64,000 nt of DNA, taken from NCBI GenBank assembly GCA_024137785.1, contig JAHRHZ010000019.1, positions 31,112,129 to 31,176,128 of the forward strand, in the 5' to 3' direction. The DNA is from Ginglymostoma cirratum. Taxonomy: Eukaryota. Below are positions 37,251-50,820 of this stretch, piece by piece (position 1 is the stretch's first letter; every line of letters starts with the position of its first letter). The translations under genes and the position numbers were made by a program. Under the pieces are notes generated by a model, which had not been told where the DNA came from, ran no database searches, and saw only the letters and a list, made by a program, of their open reading frames with translations.

Positions 37251-39927
37251 ACTGAAACAGAATAGCATTTCCATTACTTTTGCAAAACAGGACAAGCTAC
37301 TCTACAAGTGCTGGCATCATAGTTATTTTCCCACCAATGACATCAAAATTAGTATTCTTCCCAAGATGGAGTTTTGTTGATATTTTGTTAACAATACAAA
37401 AATTAAAACATGCTGGCAGCCTAATGCTCATTAGATGGATACAAAAAGTAGTTAGTCAATACTCAGATCAATTAAGCCACTTAAATCCTCCAAATTATTA
37501 CAACCCTAAAATTTAATGAATAAAAGTTGCTGGTAGGATCCCTAAATTTTCATAAAGGCTATTAATGAACCATCTGCAAGATCTAGTTCCAGTAGACACC
37601 CCATCATGTACACAGTTAAAGCAAATTCAGGTGGCTTTCACTGGTACGATTCTAATTTTCATGGCACTTACATCCATCTGGTGTCTGCTTCACCTAGGAA
37701 AATGCATGTAATGATCCTGTGTTAAAGCTGCCACAGACTATACCCAGGCAGCAAAACTCTACTGCCAGAAAGAGGGAGTCAAAACTCCTCCACCACACAA
37801 CCCCCATTTGCTCAAGATATGCACTTTGCAATGTGTGTCAGCCAAAAGAATTCCCTCTACAGTAACACTAGTGGGAAGTTACATTATGAATGGAGACAGC
37901 TGTGGAACAGTCTCTTCTCATATGGTTGTGACAAGTTCCTTTTTATGCAAAGAGTGTGACTGAAGCGTGGACATGCTGTATAAATGTTTGCTCCAAAACA
38001 GCCTCAGACTATATTTAAAGCAAAATTAAATGAAAAAGAGTGAGCTTTTCAGCACACAAGTAAAGGCTCTCATTAATGACATTCTGGGAAAATGTAACTA
38101 ATCTTGCAGGTGAGCTCCAGGTATTACACTTTGGAGTCTGTGGAAAAGAGAAAGAAAGTGAACATCGCAGTACTCAAAACTACTGCGGCAGTTTGTTGTA
38201 GGTCACTCTGACAAATGCAGCATAATTCATTGATGGATTCCTTTGTAAAGGAGTATTCCATATTCCATTTGAAGTTTAAACTATCACAGACCTTATATTC
38301 AACAGTTCGATATCAGTGAATGCTGGTATCCACCTCCAATTTTTCTTCATTCTTCAAAAGAAAACTTGTCTACTGTCAGTGGGAAACCTGTTATACCTAC
38401 TTAATTGTGAGCAGCACAAGCTTCCTGTGTGGATAATAAAACAGTAGTCAGATGCAAAAAAATACAGAACAAAATAATGAAGACAGAAATAAGGCTGAAT
38501 CCAGATCAGCCCTTCAAATCCACATTGTCCTTTCTGTAACTCCATTTCTTACCAGCATGTCTGACACAGAAATAAGTCACATAAACTAACTACAGAAAAT
38601 GTAACGTCAGTATCACCACATCATCCCTGCTTTACTTCTATTCACAAGCTCATTGTAGGTTATCATTACTGCTGCCCATCAGAAACTACAATGGAAGTTT
38701 AAAATCAGCTCACAGATTGAGAAATCCCAAACCAACTTCATGCCCCATCCTTTGCATACTCCCTAAAGGTCAAGCAGTATTCACTGAAAAGTCTGAATTT
38801 AAATATTCTCTGCTGTGTTTTCACCGACTGTGTATCTTATGACGGAGGATAGTAACTCTTGAAACAGGTTCAAAGACACAAAGTATCTCATCAATTATCT
38901 CCCTCTTTGAAAGTTACTACCCTCCATGTGACACATTAGGCAGGACCCAATCAGGACCCTGAGGCTACATTTGCTGACAAAAGGTCAGCATTGCAATCAC
39001 CTGGGAAACAATATCTTAAATCGTCTGCCTATGCACTTGCCATCCTGGATTCCCAATTCTGTCAGACCCGCTAACCAGCAACTGTAAAACGTCAGCAGCA
39101 CCCTGCTGAGATGAGGAATTGGGCAGGCATCACAAAATGGCTCTTCAGACCCTCAAACTAAAAAAAAAACTGGATCATCGGGGCAACAAGTGCAGCCATT
39201 ACCTGTCCATCTGTGTCACAAGATTCTCTTACCACAATGATACTGTCCCCATCTCTGGGCCAGAAAGCTCACGCTCAAGTCCCATCTGCCACAGAGGTAT
39301 GCCATAACATGGCCAAACCATCAGCTCCAATGGCTCCCGGCCTCCCACAGCACAGCCACTTCCATTAAGATGGTAGCTTCTGGTCATGGCTGAATTCAGT
39401 CTGTCATCATCAAGGCTGCAAACTGCCCCTTGTTACAGCCTTGACTACACTAATTCAATGTCTACCTCAATGGCACAGGAAGCAAATCTGCTTCCCAAGA
39501 ACGCTTTCCAACAGCAATGAGTTAGTGAGATTTCCTCACACAGCTCACCATGTTTTGCTAATTCCCCTCCCTCCCTCCCCACCGCCTCCAAGTTCACCAC
39601 CATTGGGCCAGGAAAATTCTGTCAAAATTTAAAAAATAATAAGCAGCTTATATCAGCAGCTGAATAAATAAGGAACGTTTTGGTGTTGAGTTAACACCAT
39701 GACAGTAAACGATCTCACATTGCTCCAAAGAGATTTTTTTCTTCCCCCAACAGGTTTAACAATCTTTATATTGCAAGTGCTGAAGATCAGCGAAAATAAG
39801 CATAATTATTTTGGGAAATATGTAAAGGTAAAATTATATCATGCTTTGGTGCTAAACAGATGAATGTTAGTGTTAAAAGCTTTGTCTAATTATGAGTAGA
39901 TCAAAAGAAAAAAAAAATGCTCTATAC

Positions 39928-39944
39928 TGCTGCCATCTAGTGTT
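39928..39944 (-). promoter_or_regulatory. CTCF-like motif
   Basis: Reverse complement ACACTAGATGGCAGCA. Confidence 0.45.
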
Positions 39945-41054
39945 AGTGAAAATATCATTTGATAAACAAATATTCCTCCAGGAATAATCATAACAGGAAA
40001 TGCTTCAACAAAACTAAAACTGCCAGCAATTTTACCTCATAACTTGGGTGAAGAAACACATCAAGCAGAATGAAAGAAAGAAAAGCCAACAGCAAAATAT
40101 GAACTGGAATTTTTTTTTTACAAAACCAACACAAACTCAACAAAGAGACATTTCTCTTCACGTGCAGAGCAATGTTCTGATACCTGCATTTAAAAAAAAA
40201 CAAACTTGGAGAAGTCCCATTCAATGACCATCAAGGCTGGTCACGTTACCTAACATATATCGAAATATTCCTGATTGAAGCGGGTACAATAAAATATTCA
40301 TTATTCAAATTATAAAGTTAACAAAGAAAGCAAGCGAGGAATTATGAATTTTGACCCAACTAAATGGTATTTGAATAACACACTGAGCTATTAGACTAAT
40401 TTCAATTATTCATTCCTCACAATTTACAATCATTTGTCAGGTATCAAAATATAAAAGTTGCAATGTAGAAAGCAATAACCTGAAAAGATAGAGACACGGA
40501 AAAAGAAAATAGTGTAAGCACTGAGAATGCTGTTCTGCCACTAAAAAGTAGACACCAGCAATTTACACTTCACTCTTATTTCAATACAAACATTGAAGAG
40601 TGAGGGAAGGTTTGGAAGGGAAAGAAGTGGTGGTTAATGTGTGAAAAAGTTAAACATTGACAAGTGTCAGGCTAAGTACGAATGAGCTGATAAAAACAAA
40701 GGTCACTGATAATCAACTAACAGACATCTGTCCTTTCACTTTAAAGAACATATCCAAATTTATAGGATTGGAGAGTCACTTACCTCACAAAATGCAGCCA
40801 TTTGGCCCATCAAGTCAATGCCAGCTGTCTGAGCAGTAATCCAGTAAATCCCATAACAATCTTGCACCCGTCTTAGATCTGCCCATTTGCAAACATGATC
40901 TGGGTCCTTCTGTGAGCCCATGAATGCTACCTGACCCGATTTCAGTTTCATCTGAAGATTCTGACTAATTTATATTTCTCATCCCAGATAATTCACCATC
41001 ACTCCCAGAATCAATTCTTGCTGCTTCCCATTTTTCAGCCTATTACTCGTCAAA

Positions 41055-41345
41055 GGTCAGTGGTTAGCACTCATTCCACTGAGTCAGAAAGTTGCACAAT
41101 CAAATCCCAATTCTGTAGATTGAACATATTTATATTAAACTGACACTTCAGACACAGTTCTTCCTCAGTACTGCAATGTAATGCCAAAAGGTACCTTTCC
41201 TTATTTAAAAAGGAGGTGCTTTTAAATTAAAATCTCAAACTATCCTCTCGATAAAGAGCCAGCAGCAGGAAGATGCCTCAAACTACTGGTCAATATCTAT
41301 CTTCAACCAACACCAACAATTATCTGATCATTTCTCTCACTGTGT
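41055..41345 (+). mobile_element. Degenerate Deu-domain tRNA SINE
   Basis: tRNA-like head ggtcagtggttagcact..gagtcagaa; ggtcaatatctatcttcaaccaacacc..attatctgatcatt. Confidence 0.5.
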
Positions 41346-44108
41346 GTAGAAAAATAGAAATATTTACAGCACACTTATGTCTGCACCAGCCAAGAGCTTT
41401 CCAGTCTAATCCTACTAATTCAATTCTATTTTAAATAAGTTGACTATTTACAAGACTACTTCTGATCTGCCTAATAGACGTGTATATATTATATAAGAAA
41501 TAGAAATGTGCTAACAAACTTAAGAAGTGTATTTAGTTTGTTCATTTGGCAGTCAAGAAAGAACATGCATAGCTGTCTCCTTTCCCACACCACTCAAATC
41601 CTGTACTGCACATGACCTCCATACTAATTTCAGAATTCAAATACTTTGGATGAGAATGGAAAAGACCAATCAGATGGCTTTGCCAACTGTCTAAAATTTC
41701 AAAATAGTGCTTTTAAAGATTCCACGTGCTAAAAGACAGAATAAAAATATGGATTGAAAATAAACGTCTAAGTAAATTAAGAAAATGTGAGGATGGATAA
41801 TTAATCATTATGTACCAGTAAGAGGAGACACAGTAGTTCCTATAAAAGTGAATCATTGGTTGTGGTTATTGTCTATAACGAATCTCTGGCATCAGCAGCA
41901 GGTTACGCTGTGCAATGTGCATTTGTCAGATCTTTCAGCAAATATGAGAATATTACACGATATTAAAAAAATAGCAAAAATGGGACTGAAAAAGGTTAAA
42001 GTTAGGTTACGAGTGATTAAACTGCAACAGTAAAACTACCAAAAGAACACAGATTCAATGGGGGAAAAGGGCTCATTTGAAATTGACAACAGGAAGTTCT
42101 TCAGACCAAGAAAAAGAATCAATGAACGTATCTTCAGTACTAAAGTCGTGGAGGGGAAAAAAAAAGGAATCATTTATAAGTGAGTTGAATGTTATAATTA
42201 GGGACAAGGGCTGTAGATTTTCTCCAGATTGCAGAGCTACAATGATCCAAATGTACTTCAACTGCATTTGTGTTGTGAACTAAATTCACCCATAACATTG
42301 ACAATACATTATAATAACGAGAACATCTGGTAACGATTTCAATCTTCTGGCTCACATTACAGAAGGAGATCGAGCTTCATCCGAACCTTCAACCAGATTA
42401 GGTTATAGCTGTTTCCTCTTGCCCTTTTGAATTAAATTCTATGTAATTAGGTTTTCAAGATAAACCATTTTATTATGTTCTAAGGGACAAATTTTATTTC
42501 TGTACATCACTACATTCAGATTTTGAGTGAGACAGCAATTCAGCGTAATAAAAAAAATTATAGTTACAATAAAAAACAAATGCTAATAAACACTGAGTTT
42601 AATTCTGATGATATTCTCCAAATTTCATTTTTCAGCAATCACTGAAACAGCTGTTAAAGTCCTTAAAATGGGGATTTTGAAGTATCTGGTGCAAAGATTT
42701 TAGGTAGATACTGTCATACTTATGTCTTGATGAGTATGTCATACACATCTTAATCTTGACAAGTATGCACAGTTGACGATGAAAGGAGAATTCTTGCAGA
42801 TGTGGGAATCCATGAATGCTTTGAGCACCCAGGGTATTTGAAGCAAGTATTCCCAACTGTAGAGATTCCAAATCAATGTTAAGATTAAAGAACAGCAAGA
42901 AATTCCAATAGATAAGAAAGGCTTTTAGAACACCCATTCTAAAAACATGGTCGCTTCACTGTTAGACTAGTGAAAGACAATAGAACTCAAATGAGGGATC
43001 ATCTGTTTGGAGGCAAAGAAAAGTAGGAAGGAACAGCAAAAGTGCTGAGAGAACTTTGCTGGCAAATAAGCTTTCAGTACCAAATACTTGGTCCAAGAAC
43101 AATGATTTAAGGGAGAGCAACCACAGCACCGCCACTGAGTTCCTGCATATAAATCTTCTCCCAGGAGAACAAATGAAGAAATGCAATGTTAGGAGATTTG
43201 AAACAAGAAGGATGATCGAATTCTATAGCACAGAAGGAAACCATTTGGTTCAACATGCATGTGCCAGGTCTCTGGAAGGACTAAGTAGATTGTTCTATTT
43301 CCCTGCCCTTTACAATTATTTATCTATTTTCCTTTAAAAGTTATGAATATTGTTTCTACTCCTTTCACTGATAGAACACCCACTGTGTTAACAATCCGAC
43401 GGGTAAAAATAAACAATTGTTCCTTTGATCTATTGATTACGTTAAATTTATGCCTTTAGGATATGTGAATCAAACCAGTGTGAAATACTTCTTCCCTATT
43501 TAAACTTCTCAAAACCTTCACCAAATCTCCTTTTAACCTAAACAAGATTTACATTGAATTCAAAGCAAAAATACTGTTTCCCTCTACACAGACTGTGCTT
43601 TGTATGTTTATTTTGCTGCTCCTCATTAGGGCAGCCTATGCTGCAAAAGAACAGAGACTCTATGTTGCTAACCCTCCAGGATTGTCCTCAATTCTGCAGG
43701 AATTAAAAATTAATATCCTGGACACTGCTACAAGTAATTCAAAAAAATTAAAATAAGAGCCATCAAAAATGATTCTATGTAATGTTTGTTTTATTTGAAC
43801 ATTCATGTTTATTATGACGATAGATAAAAAAAGTGAGAGGTCATGTCATGGAATTTACAGCAACATGCCCAACCAGAAATCAGCTGCTTGAAAAACTAAC
43901 TACAGCTATGGAGGCTGAGATTCTAATTAATAGACAACAGAAAGCTCAAAAGATCAGGAGTACCAAGTTTGGATAGAAAAGCGAGTTTTATATTCACAGG
44001 AAGGATGAAAGATTGATTGATTTACCAGGACAAGATGGATTTTGTTTTAGAAATCCAAATGGCAGGAACGTTTTTGCCAAAACAAAAGAAACAAACATAA
44101 AAAACTAG

Positions 44109-44176
44109 GATAACAAGCACGGGGCTGGATGAACACATCTCGGATTCTCCAGCATCTGCAGTACCTTTTATCTCTG
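44109..44176 (+). mobile_element. 68-bp PLE micro-insertion (inverted 28-nt head + 40-nt tail)
   Basis: TSD ataaaaaactag(gat) at 44097-44108 and 44177-44188. Confidence 0.9.
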
Positions 44177-45107
44177 ATAAAAAACTAGGATCATTGGTTT
44201 AATTTTGGTTTTAAAAAAATGACATACAAAACGTATTTATATACCAGGGCATTGACAAATAACATCCCTGCACATAAAATTTCCTGTGAGAAACACAAAA
44301 GCGTGCTCCTGTTAAAGGAAACAGTACAACTGTGGTAAGAAAGGGAATAAACCGAGACAGCTGGCGCCGGAGAGAAAATGATCCTCTTCTTGCCTCCTCT
44401 CATATTTAAGTTTTGGGGATAGTCTATGGGTGACTTTCTTGTTCTGACCAATTAGATTCTCTAATGGTCAATTAAGAGCCATTTAAAGATCTCAAAAAGT
44501 CAATTAATAGCCATTTATGGATCTCAATGCACCACCACTGTGATCATGTGCCTTTCCTGGCTAGCCCTTTGTCTGGGCAACCTGCCCCAATTGGATGCCT
44601 CTGAAGGCCACATCTCAGCCAAATCCCACTCTCACAGGACAAGCACAAAAAGCACTTTCTTCCGGCTGAATGTCCCAAGGAATAGGCCTCAACTAGAAGT
44701 CCTGAAACTCAAAAGCTGCCAGCCTCAGATTAGCTGGCAAACTAAGATGCTAACGTCGAGGACTGTGATTCATCAGGAAACTCACCTTGCGCATATGCTA
44801 GGTCATAAGCCGAATGGTGTGCAACAGGTTGTGTTTTCTCAGGAATGAGGGTGGCATATTACTTGCCACCTGACATGTTCACTCCAACACTTGAAAAGTG
44901 GGAAAATTCAGTCTAATGATAGAAATTGAACTCATTGTCCAAACAGAATACCTTTAAAAGTAGACTGAGAAATAAGAAACCAATTACATTGCAGATCATT
45001 AACCGATGGAAAGGAAATTGAAGATACAATTTGTAGAAAAGTCAAAATTATTAACAATAGAAATACTATCTGAAGTTTTAATTATCAAACAAACTGGCTT
45101 AGGCTAG

Positions 45108-45215
45108 AAGAAAACAGCTTGAAGCTAGAGTCAATAAATGTGGAGTTGGAAAAGCATAGCTGGTTAGACAGCTTCCAAGGAGCAGGAAGGTCAATGTTTC
45201 TGGCTGAAACCTTTC
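45108..45215 (-). mobile_element. Third-family PLE pLTR fragment
   Basis: 11-bp TSD gcttaggctag at 45097-45107 and 45216-45226; gagcaggaaggtcaatgtttc homologous to the pLTR next to the hammerhead. Confidence 0.7.
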
Positions 45216-45859
45216 GCTTAGGCTAGGTTTTGATTTGAATTTTGAAAACAGGAAGGCAAGTCCTAAGGAAAGAATTTATTTGCAAAGGACTCCCTCAACA
45301 TCTAACTTGTAAATAGCCAAAGGATAGATAACTCACAACGAGGAGAAAGTTTTGCTTAAAGCATGCAGCTCTGTGGTTAGTTCACTTTAGCCTATTCGAG
45401 TCACCTTACACAGACACGCATTTATGATATGGAAGCAGAGGAAAACAAAGACACAAAGACAAAGGTAGCATGAAAAGATGAGAGAAACACTTCAACTTTG
45501 AATGTACCGAAGCAAGAAACAATTGCACTAGAGATGAAATTATAAATTTTTGATGGATAATCTGTCATAGGCTAATGATCTCCTTGGCTAGAGCTATGCA
45601 ATTTTACAGAGTTAAAGATTAAATCAATTTTCTCATCAATTTTTATTTCGCCAGTGTCCTGTAGAGTTTAAAGAGAAATTCTGTACTGTATATTGTTGGC
45701 TACATTTAAATCACAGAGAACCACCACAACGGGGTGAGAGGAACGAAATGTTCACAGGGATTGAAAAATGGCAGAGATCTTAAACAAATATAAAGTGCCT
45801 GCTTTCATAGTTGAAGACAATGAAACAGAAACAGAGGGCAACTAAGGATCCACTATGAG

Positions 45860-46640
45860 GGAAGATCTTAAAAAATGTTTGTGATCAGAGACAAAAATTA
45901 ACAAAATTTGAGATCAAAAGCCAACAATTCCTCAGGACCTGATAGTTTACTTCTGAAGGTTCAAAATGAAATATAGTTGCAGAGATATTGGATACAATCG
46001 TTGTTTTTCCATAATTCATTAGAGACTAGGATGGTACCAAAGTGTTCATAATAAATATAAATACTGCTACTCAAGAAAGGAAGAAACAGCAATTAGGCCT
46101 GTTAGCCTGGCAATTATTAGGAAGATGCTGGAATTTGTTATCAAGAAAATATTAGTAATGCTCTCAAAAAAACAGCAGAGTGACTCAGCGGTTAGCACTG
46201 CTATCTCACAGAGCCAAAGTCCTAGGTTTGATTCCACTCTCAGGCAACTGTCTTTGTGGAGTTTGCACATTCCTCCTGTGTCTGTGTGGGTTTCCTCCAG
46301 GTGCTGTGGTTTCTTCCCACAGTCCAAACATCTGCAGGTTAGGTGGACTGACCATGCTAAATTGCCCAGTGTCCAGGGATGTGCAGGCTAGGTGGATTTG
46401 CCATGGGAGATGCAGAGTTACAAGGATGGGGAGGGAGTGGGTTTCTGGGTGGGACGATCTTTGGAAGATCAGTATGGATTCTAGGGGCCGAGTGGCCTGT
46501 TTCCACACTGTAGGGATTCTATGAACCTACAAAAAAAGTGAAAATCACAGCATGATCAGAGTCAACATCATTCTATAAAAGGAAAATTACATTGATATAT
46601 TTATTTGAAGCTTTCAAAGACATAACAGGGTAAAAAGGAA
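45860..46640 (+). mobile_element. Old CR1 RT fragment hosting an HE1-like SINE
   Basis: Degenerate SGPD, RPVSL, GKMLE and SQH motifs on both sides of the SINE. Confidence 0.6.
46174..46524 (+). mobile_element. HE1-like V-SINE (tRNA head, V domain, CR1-type tail)
   Basis: A-box tgactcagcgg, B-box ggtttgattcc, V core tgtggagtttgcacatt...gtgggtttcctcc, tail gggccgagtggcctgtttccacactgtagggattctatga. Confidence 0.9.
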
Positions 46641-47179
46641 GACTAAATGAGAGGCAAATCGGATCCCATCTTTTGAACATCCCTCAAATCAGCCACAACA
46701 AATAATTTTTTCTCCCCATTTAGTATGCAGCTACTGCACTTCAATTAAAATATCATGCTCGTCAATATTGAGGACCAATTATAACGTTACCTTGAATGAA
46801 AATAAATTGCATTCACTACTAAACCCAGAGAAAAATAACAAAATGCAACATAAACTTAAGGCTTAGAAAAGATAAACATGTTTACAGAAAAGAATAAAGC
46901 CTGTACATGGTATTAGTCCTTACAGCCTCAGAAGTCTCAGACTATAGTTGTTTAATTGCTAACTGGCATCCTCAGCAGTAGCTTTACAGCACGAGAGAGA
47001 GAAGACATGACCAAGTGACAGATATGATGGACGTTACTACAGAGACTTTAGGGAGCACCAGCAGTTAGGTCTCATTCTTTCAGTCTAAGCTGTTTGATCC
47101 ACAAGCATACATGACAATCACAGAGAGGTGCTCATGGCACCCCTCAGAATTAACCCTTTCAGACCCATAAACAAAAACA

Positions 47180-47830
47180 TCCGAATTTTGAGACAGTACA
47201 AAGCTAGGTGGAAGGTCCATATTCCTGCCCGCTTCCCACATGCCTTGGTTCCCTGAGAGATGAAAGATTTTTATCTCCACCCTTCTCAGTACTGAATATA
47301 CTCAACAATGAAGCATCCACAGCTTCTGGGTAGATAATTTTAAAAGATCCACAATCTGAGTAAAGAAAGCTATCCACATTGTAGTCCTAAGCGACTGACC
47401 CCTTATCCTGAGACTGCAGCTGTGTTTCTTCAAACAGAAAATGCAGTACAATCTAGTGTTTGCCCTTTCAAACTCTTCAGAATCTTGTATGTTCTCATGA
47501 AATTACCATTCTATCTTCTAGATTCCATAGAATCTAGGCCTGATTTACTCATCATGGTGGGGCAACACTCATTATGGTGGGGCAACACTCATTCCAGGAG
47601 CAAATCTAGTGAACCAGTGCAGTACTGCCTGCCATACAAGTATCTTGTTGCTTAGGGAGGATAGAATTTCACACAGCACTCCAGGTGTGGTCTCACTACT
47701 TTTGTTTCTGTGCTCTGAACCTCTTGGAATAAACAGCATTAATTAATCTGCCTTAATTATTTGCTGTACCTAATTTTGCTCCTATGATTGCACCCATGTC
47801 CCTCACAACATCAACATTTACATCTGTAAG
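47180..47830 (-). mobile_element. CR1 3' fragment containing a 20-bp tandem duplication (47554-47593)
   Basis: cactccaggtgtggtct (RPHLE) and atggtggggcaacactcatt x2. Confidence 0.65.
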
Positions 47831-47899
47831 TTTGTTAATGCTGAAGACTTGTCCTCCAGAATTAGCATGCTACTCATCAAACTGTTCCGGTATAGCCAC

Positions 47900-49350
47900 T
47901 ACACTGGTAACTGCCCAACAAGATGGAAAACTGCATATTATAACTGACAAATTAATAAAAAAGACAAATCAAATCCTGCCAATTACTGCCCTAACAATCT
48001 ACTTTCAATCATCAGCAAAACAATCCAAGGTGTTATTAATCATCACTTACCCAGCAGCAATCCACTCTGCAATACTCAGTTTGGTTTTTATCAGGACTAC
48101 ATGATTCCAAACCCCATAAGAACCTTGGTGCAACATGGACAAAGATGAAGTCCAAAGGGGACAGGAGAATGTCTTTACTTGACAGCAAGGTAGCATTTGA
48201 TCATGTGCAGCATTATGGAGCCCAGGCAAAAACTGAAATCAGTAGCAGTCAAGGGGAGATAAGGGAGTTCTCCATCGGTTGGAGGTATACCTAGCAGAAA
48301 GGAAGATGAGGTGTAGTTGTTGAATACCAATGTCTAGCCCTGGATGTTGCTGCAGAAGTTCCTCAGGGTAATACCCTCAGCTGAACTATCTTCCGCAGCT
48401 TTAATCATGACCTTTTTTGTCATCAAATGCTATTTGCCTTTATGCAAAATTCTAAATCAACAAACTCATATGTTACATAATCCTACTGTCAATTATGAAG
48501 AATGAACAGTAGGCCTATGGGAATTTTTGAAGATCAACCAATCATTACAAGTCTAAAAACAAAAAAAAAACTAGCATGTTTATTAAGATCGACCAATTAA
48601 AATAAATTCCCAGCTTCACATTTAGTGCATCGCACACTATACAGCTCAACTCATAACCTCAAGTAATGAAGTTGTCCATGTCTACATACAACATTAACTG
48701 GATAATATTCCAACCTGGGTTGATAAGTAACATTAGTACCATGCAAGCGACAAGCGTTGACCATCTCCAATGAGAGAATCTAACCAACTCCCTTTGATGT
48801 ACAATGGCAGTATCATTACTGGATCACCCTCATCAACACCATAGCGATTATTTGTCAGATTTTGTTAGATAAACACTTTGACGACAATAACACGTAGGAA
48901 GTTGGCAATTCTGCTGCTACCTCTATCAATGAGACAAGTAGGAGTCCACTGGAATGCTCTCCATTTGCCTGGATTGGTACAGGTGCAAAAAAAAAGTCAA
49001 GACACTCAAAACCTTCCAGGACAAAGCAGCCCTCTTGATCCACAATCCTTCCACTACTGGCACAAAGCTACAGCATCTACAGTAATTCATCAATTTTTCT
49101 TCAAGTGCATCATCCAGACCCACTAACTTTACCAGGTTAAAGGGAACTGCCACTGCCTGAACGTCCCCAAATAATACGTGAATGCTACTACGTTAAAATC
49201 CTGGAGTTCATTCCCCAGTAGTTTGCTGTATACTAAAGTACATGTTGGAGCAGATAGTCTAGATAAATAAGTCATTTACCACCAACTTCTCAGGGAGTTA
49301 ATGAAGGATAGTAAATTACAAACATGTCAACAATGCCCATATCCCATCAA
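47900..49350 (+). mobile_element. Degenerate CR1-clade LINE interrupted by a local duplication
   Basis: gcatttgatcatgtg, gttcctcagggtaataccctcag (VPQG) and 3' tail homologous to 36.3-37.2 kb. Confidence 0.7.
48426..48630 (+). repeat. 205-bp copy of 49744-49948
   Basis: Base-by-base comparison: 4 substitutions, identical A10 run. Confidence 0.95.
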
Positions 49351-49743
49351 TTAATTTCAAAATCTTCTGAAAAGCCAAGAAAATTGAACTAAGGTTTAAG
49401 AAATATTTATCAGTATACAAGTCAGCAAGGCAGGAAATACAAAAAAAGGAACAAAAAGAATATGGAATTTATGGAATACCACAGTATGTTCAACACTGAA
49501 TAGATTGAAATTTGATGACTACAAAACAGTTTCAGGTACTGCTCCACACAACACCATTAATGTATTTTTTAACCTTTCACTTTATGGAGATTTAGTCTAT
49601 TATATAGTCAGATTTAACACTATACCTAAAGACTGTCTGCTCCAACATGTGCTAATATGCCAAAGTACATTACCTTGGTATTTACCAGCATTAAAGGTCA
49701 TTTGTCAGTCAGTGCCTTAGAGCCAAGTTTTTCTGGACTCTAC

Positions 49744-49948
49744 AATGCTATTTGCCTTTATGCAAAATTCTAAATCAACAAACTCATATGTTACATAATC
49801 CTACCGTCAATTATGAAGAGTAAACAGTAGGCCTATGGGAATTTTTGAAGATCAACCAATCATTACAAGTCTAAAAACAAAAAAAAAACTAGCATGTTTA
49901 TTAAGATCGATCAATTAAAATAAATTCCCAGCTTCACATTTAGTGCAT
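49744..49948 (+). repeat. Putative source of the 205-bp duplication
   Basis: Embedded in unique-looking sequence; partner lies 1318 bp upstream. Confidence 0.9.
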
Positions 49949-50539
49949 AGCAAAACAATTCCATCTGATTTTCTTGAGAAGAGCTCAATATCCAACCTGT
50001 CCCCATTCCACGTGCACACTCCCCACAACAAGAAATTAAAAACAAACCACAGGAGTTATAAATAGACTGTGCCGTGGGTCAAGCATGTGATATGATAAAT
50101 CTGTCCACAAGTGAAGCTGACCAGTCAGCTTGTGGAAAGATTTATCGGATCACATAGTTAGCCAAGGCACCATCTATTTATAACATTTGTGACACGTAGG
50201 GAAAGGGAATAATGAAGTTTAAGGCGATCTTTTACTAAGTTTCATTTATTTTTATACGCTTGCTGAACATCCAAATGAAGACTTCTTCTGACTTGGTCAT
50301 ATATGTAGCCATTATAATTAGGCTGACTAAAGATGCCATTAAATATCATCATGTGCTCCAATCTTCAACCTCCTGCAGCTGTCTAACTCAATTTAACTAC
50401 TTCATCAGGTCTTTACATACATAGTAAATTATCTACCTTTTGTGTTGTACATTTAGTAATCCAGCAAATGATAGTTACTGGGAAGCTAATGAAAAAAAAA
50501 TCTGCCATTAGCAATACAATGACTGAACATGAACAAATA

Positions 50540-50820
50540 TCCGTTGCTGTCTTGAGCAATCGAGATTTTAATCACTCTGTCGCTGATGGCCGCGCCTCTG
50601 TTGTCTAGATCAAAACATTTGGGAATTTGTTCCCTATATCTTCCCACTTCTCTCTCTTCCTTTATGGACACTCCTTGAAACCTATCCATTTGATCAAGCT
50701 TTGTCTCTTCTGATATGGCCTATCATCAACTGCATTCCTCACAACTCTTGTAATGTGCCTTGGGACATATTATTATATATTATATTGAAAGGTGCTACAT
50801 TAATGCACATAGTTGCTGTT
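50540..50820 (+). mobile_element. L2-type LINE 3' end
   Basis: gggaatt..tccct...tttgatcaagcttt...gccttgggac...aaaggtgcta tail. Confidence 0.6.

Noticed and set aside
40175-40205. Recursive splice site (ttttaaatgcAG|GTATCA, minus)
   Set aside because: The regenerated donor is weak and cannot be supported without sawtooth RNA-seq data.
46174-46250. tRNA gene
   Set aside because: The A/B boxes continue into a SINE body and LINE tail, and there is no complete cloverleaf.
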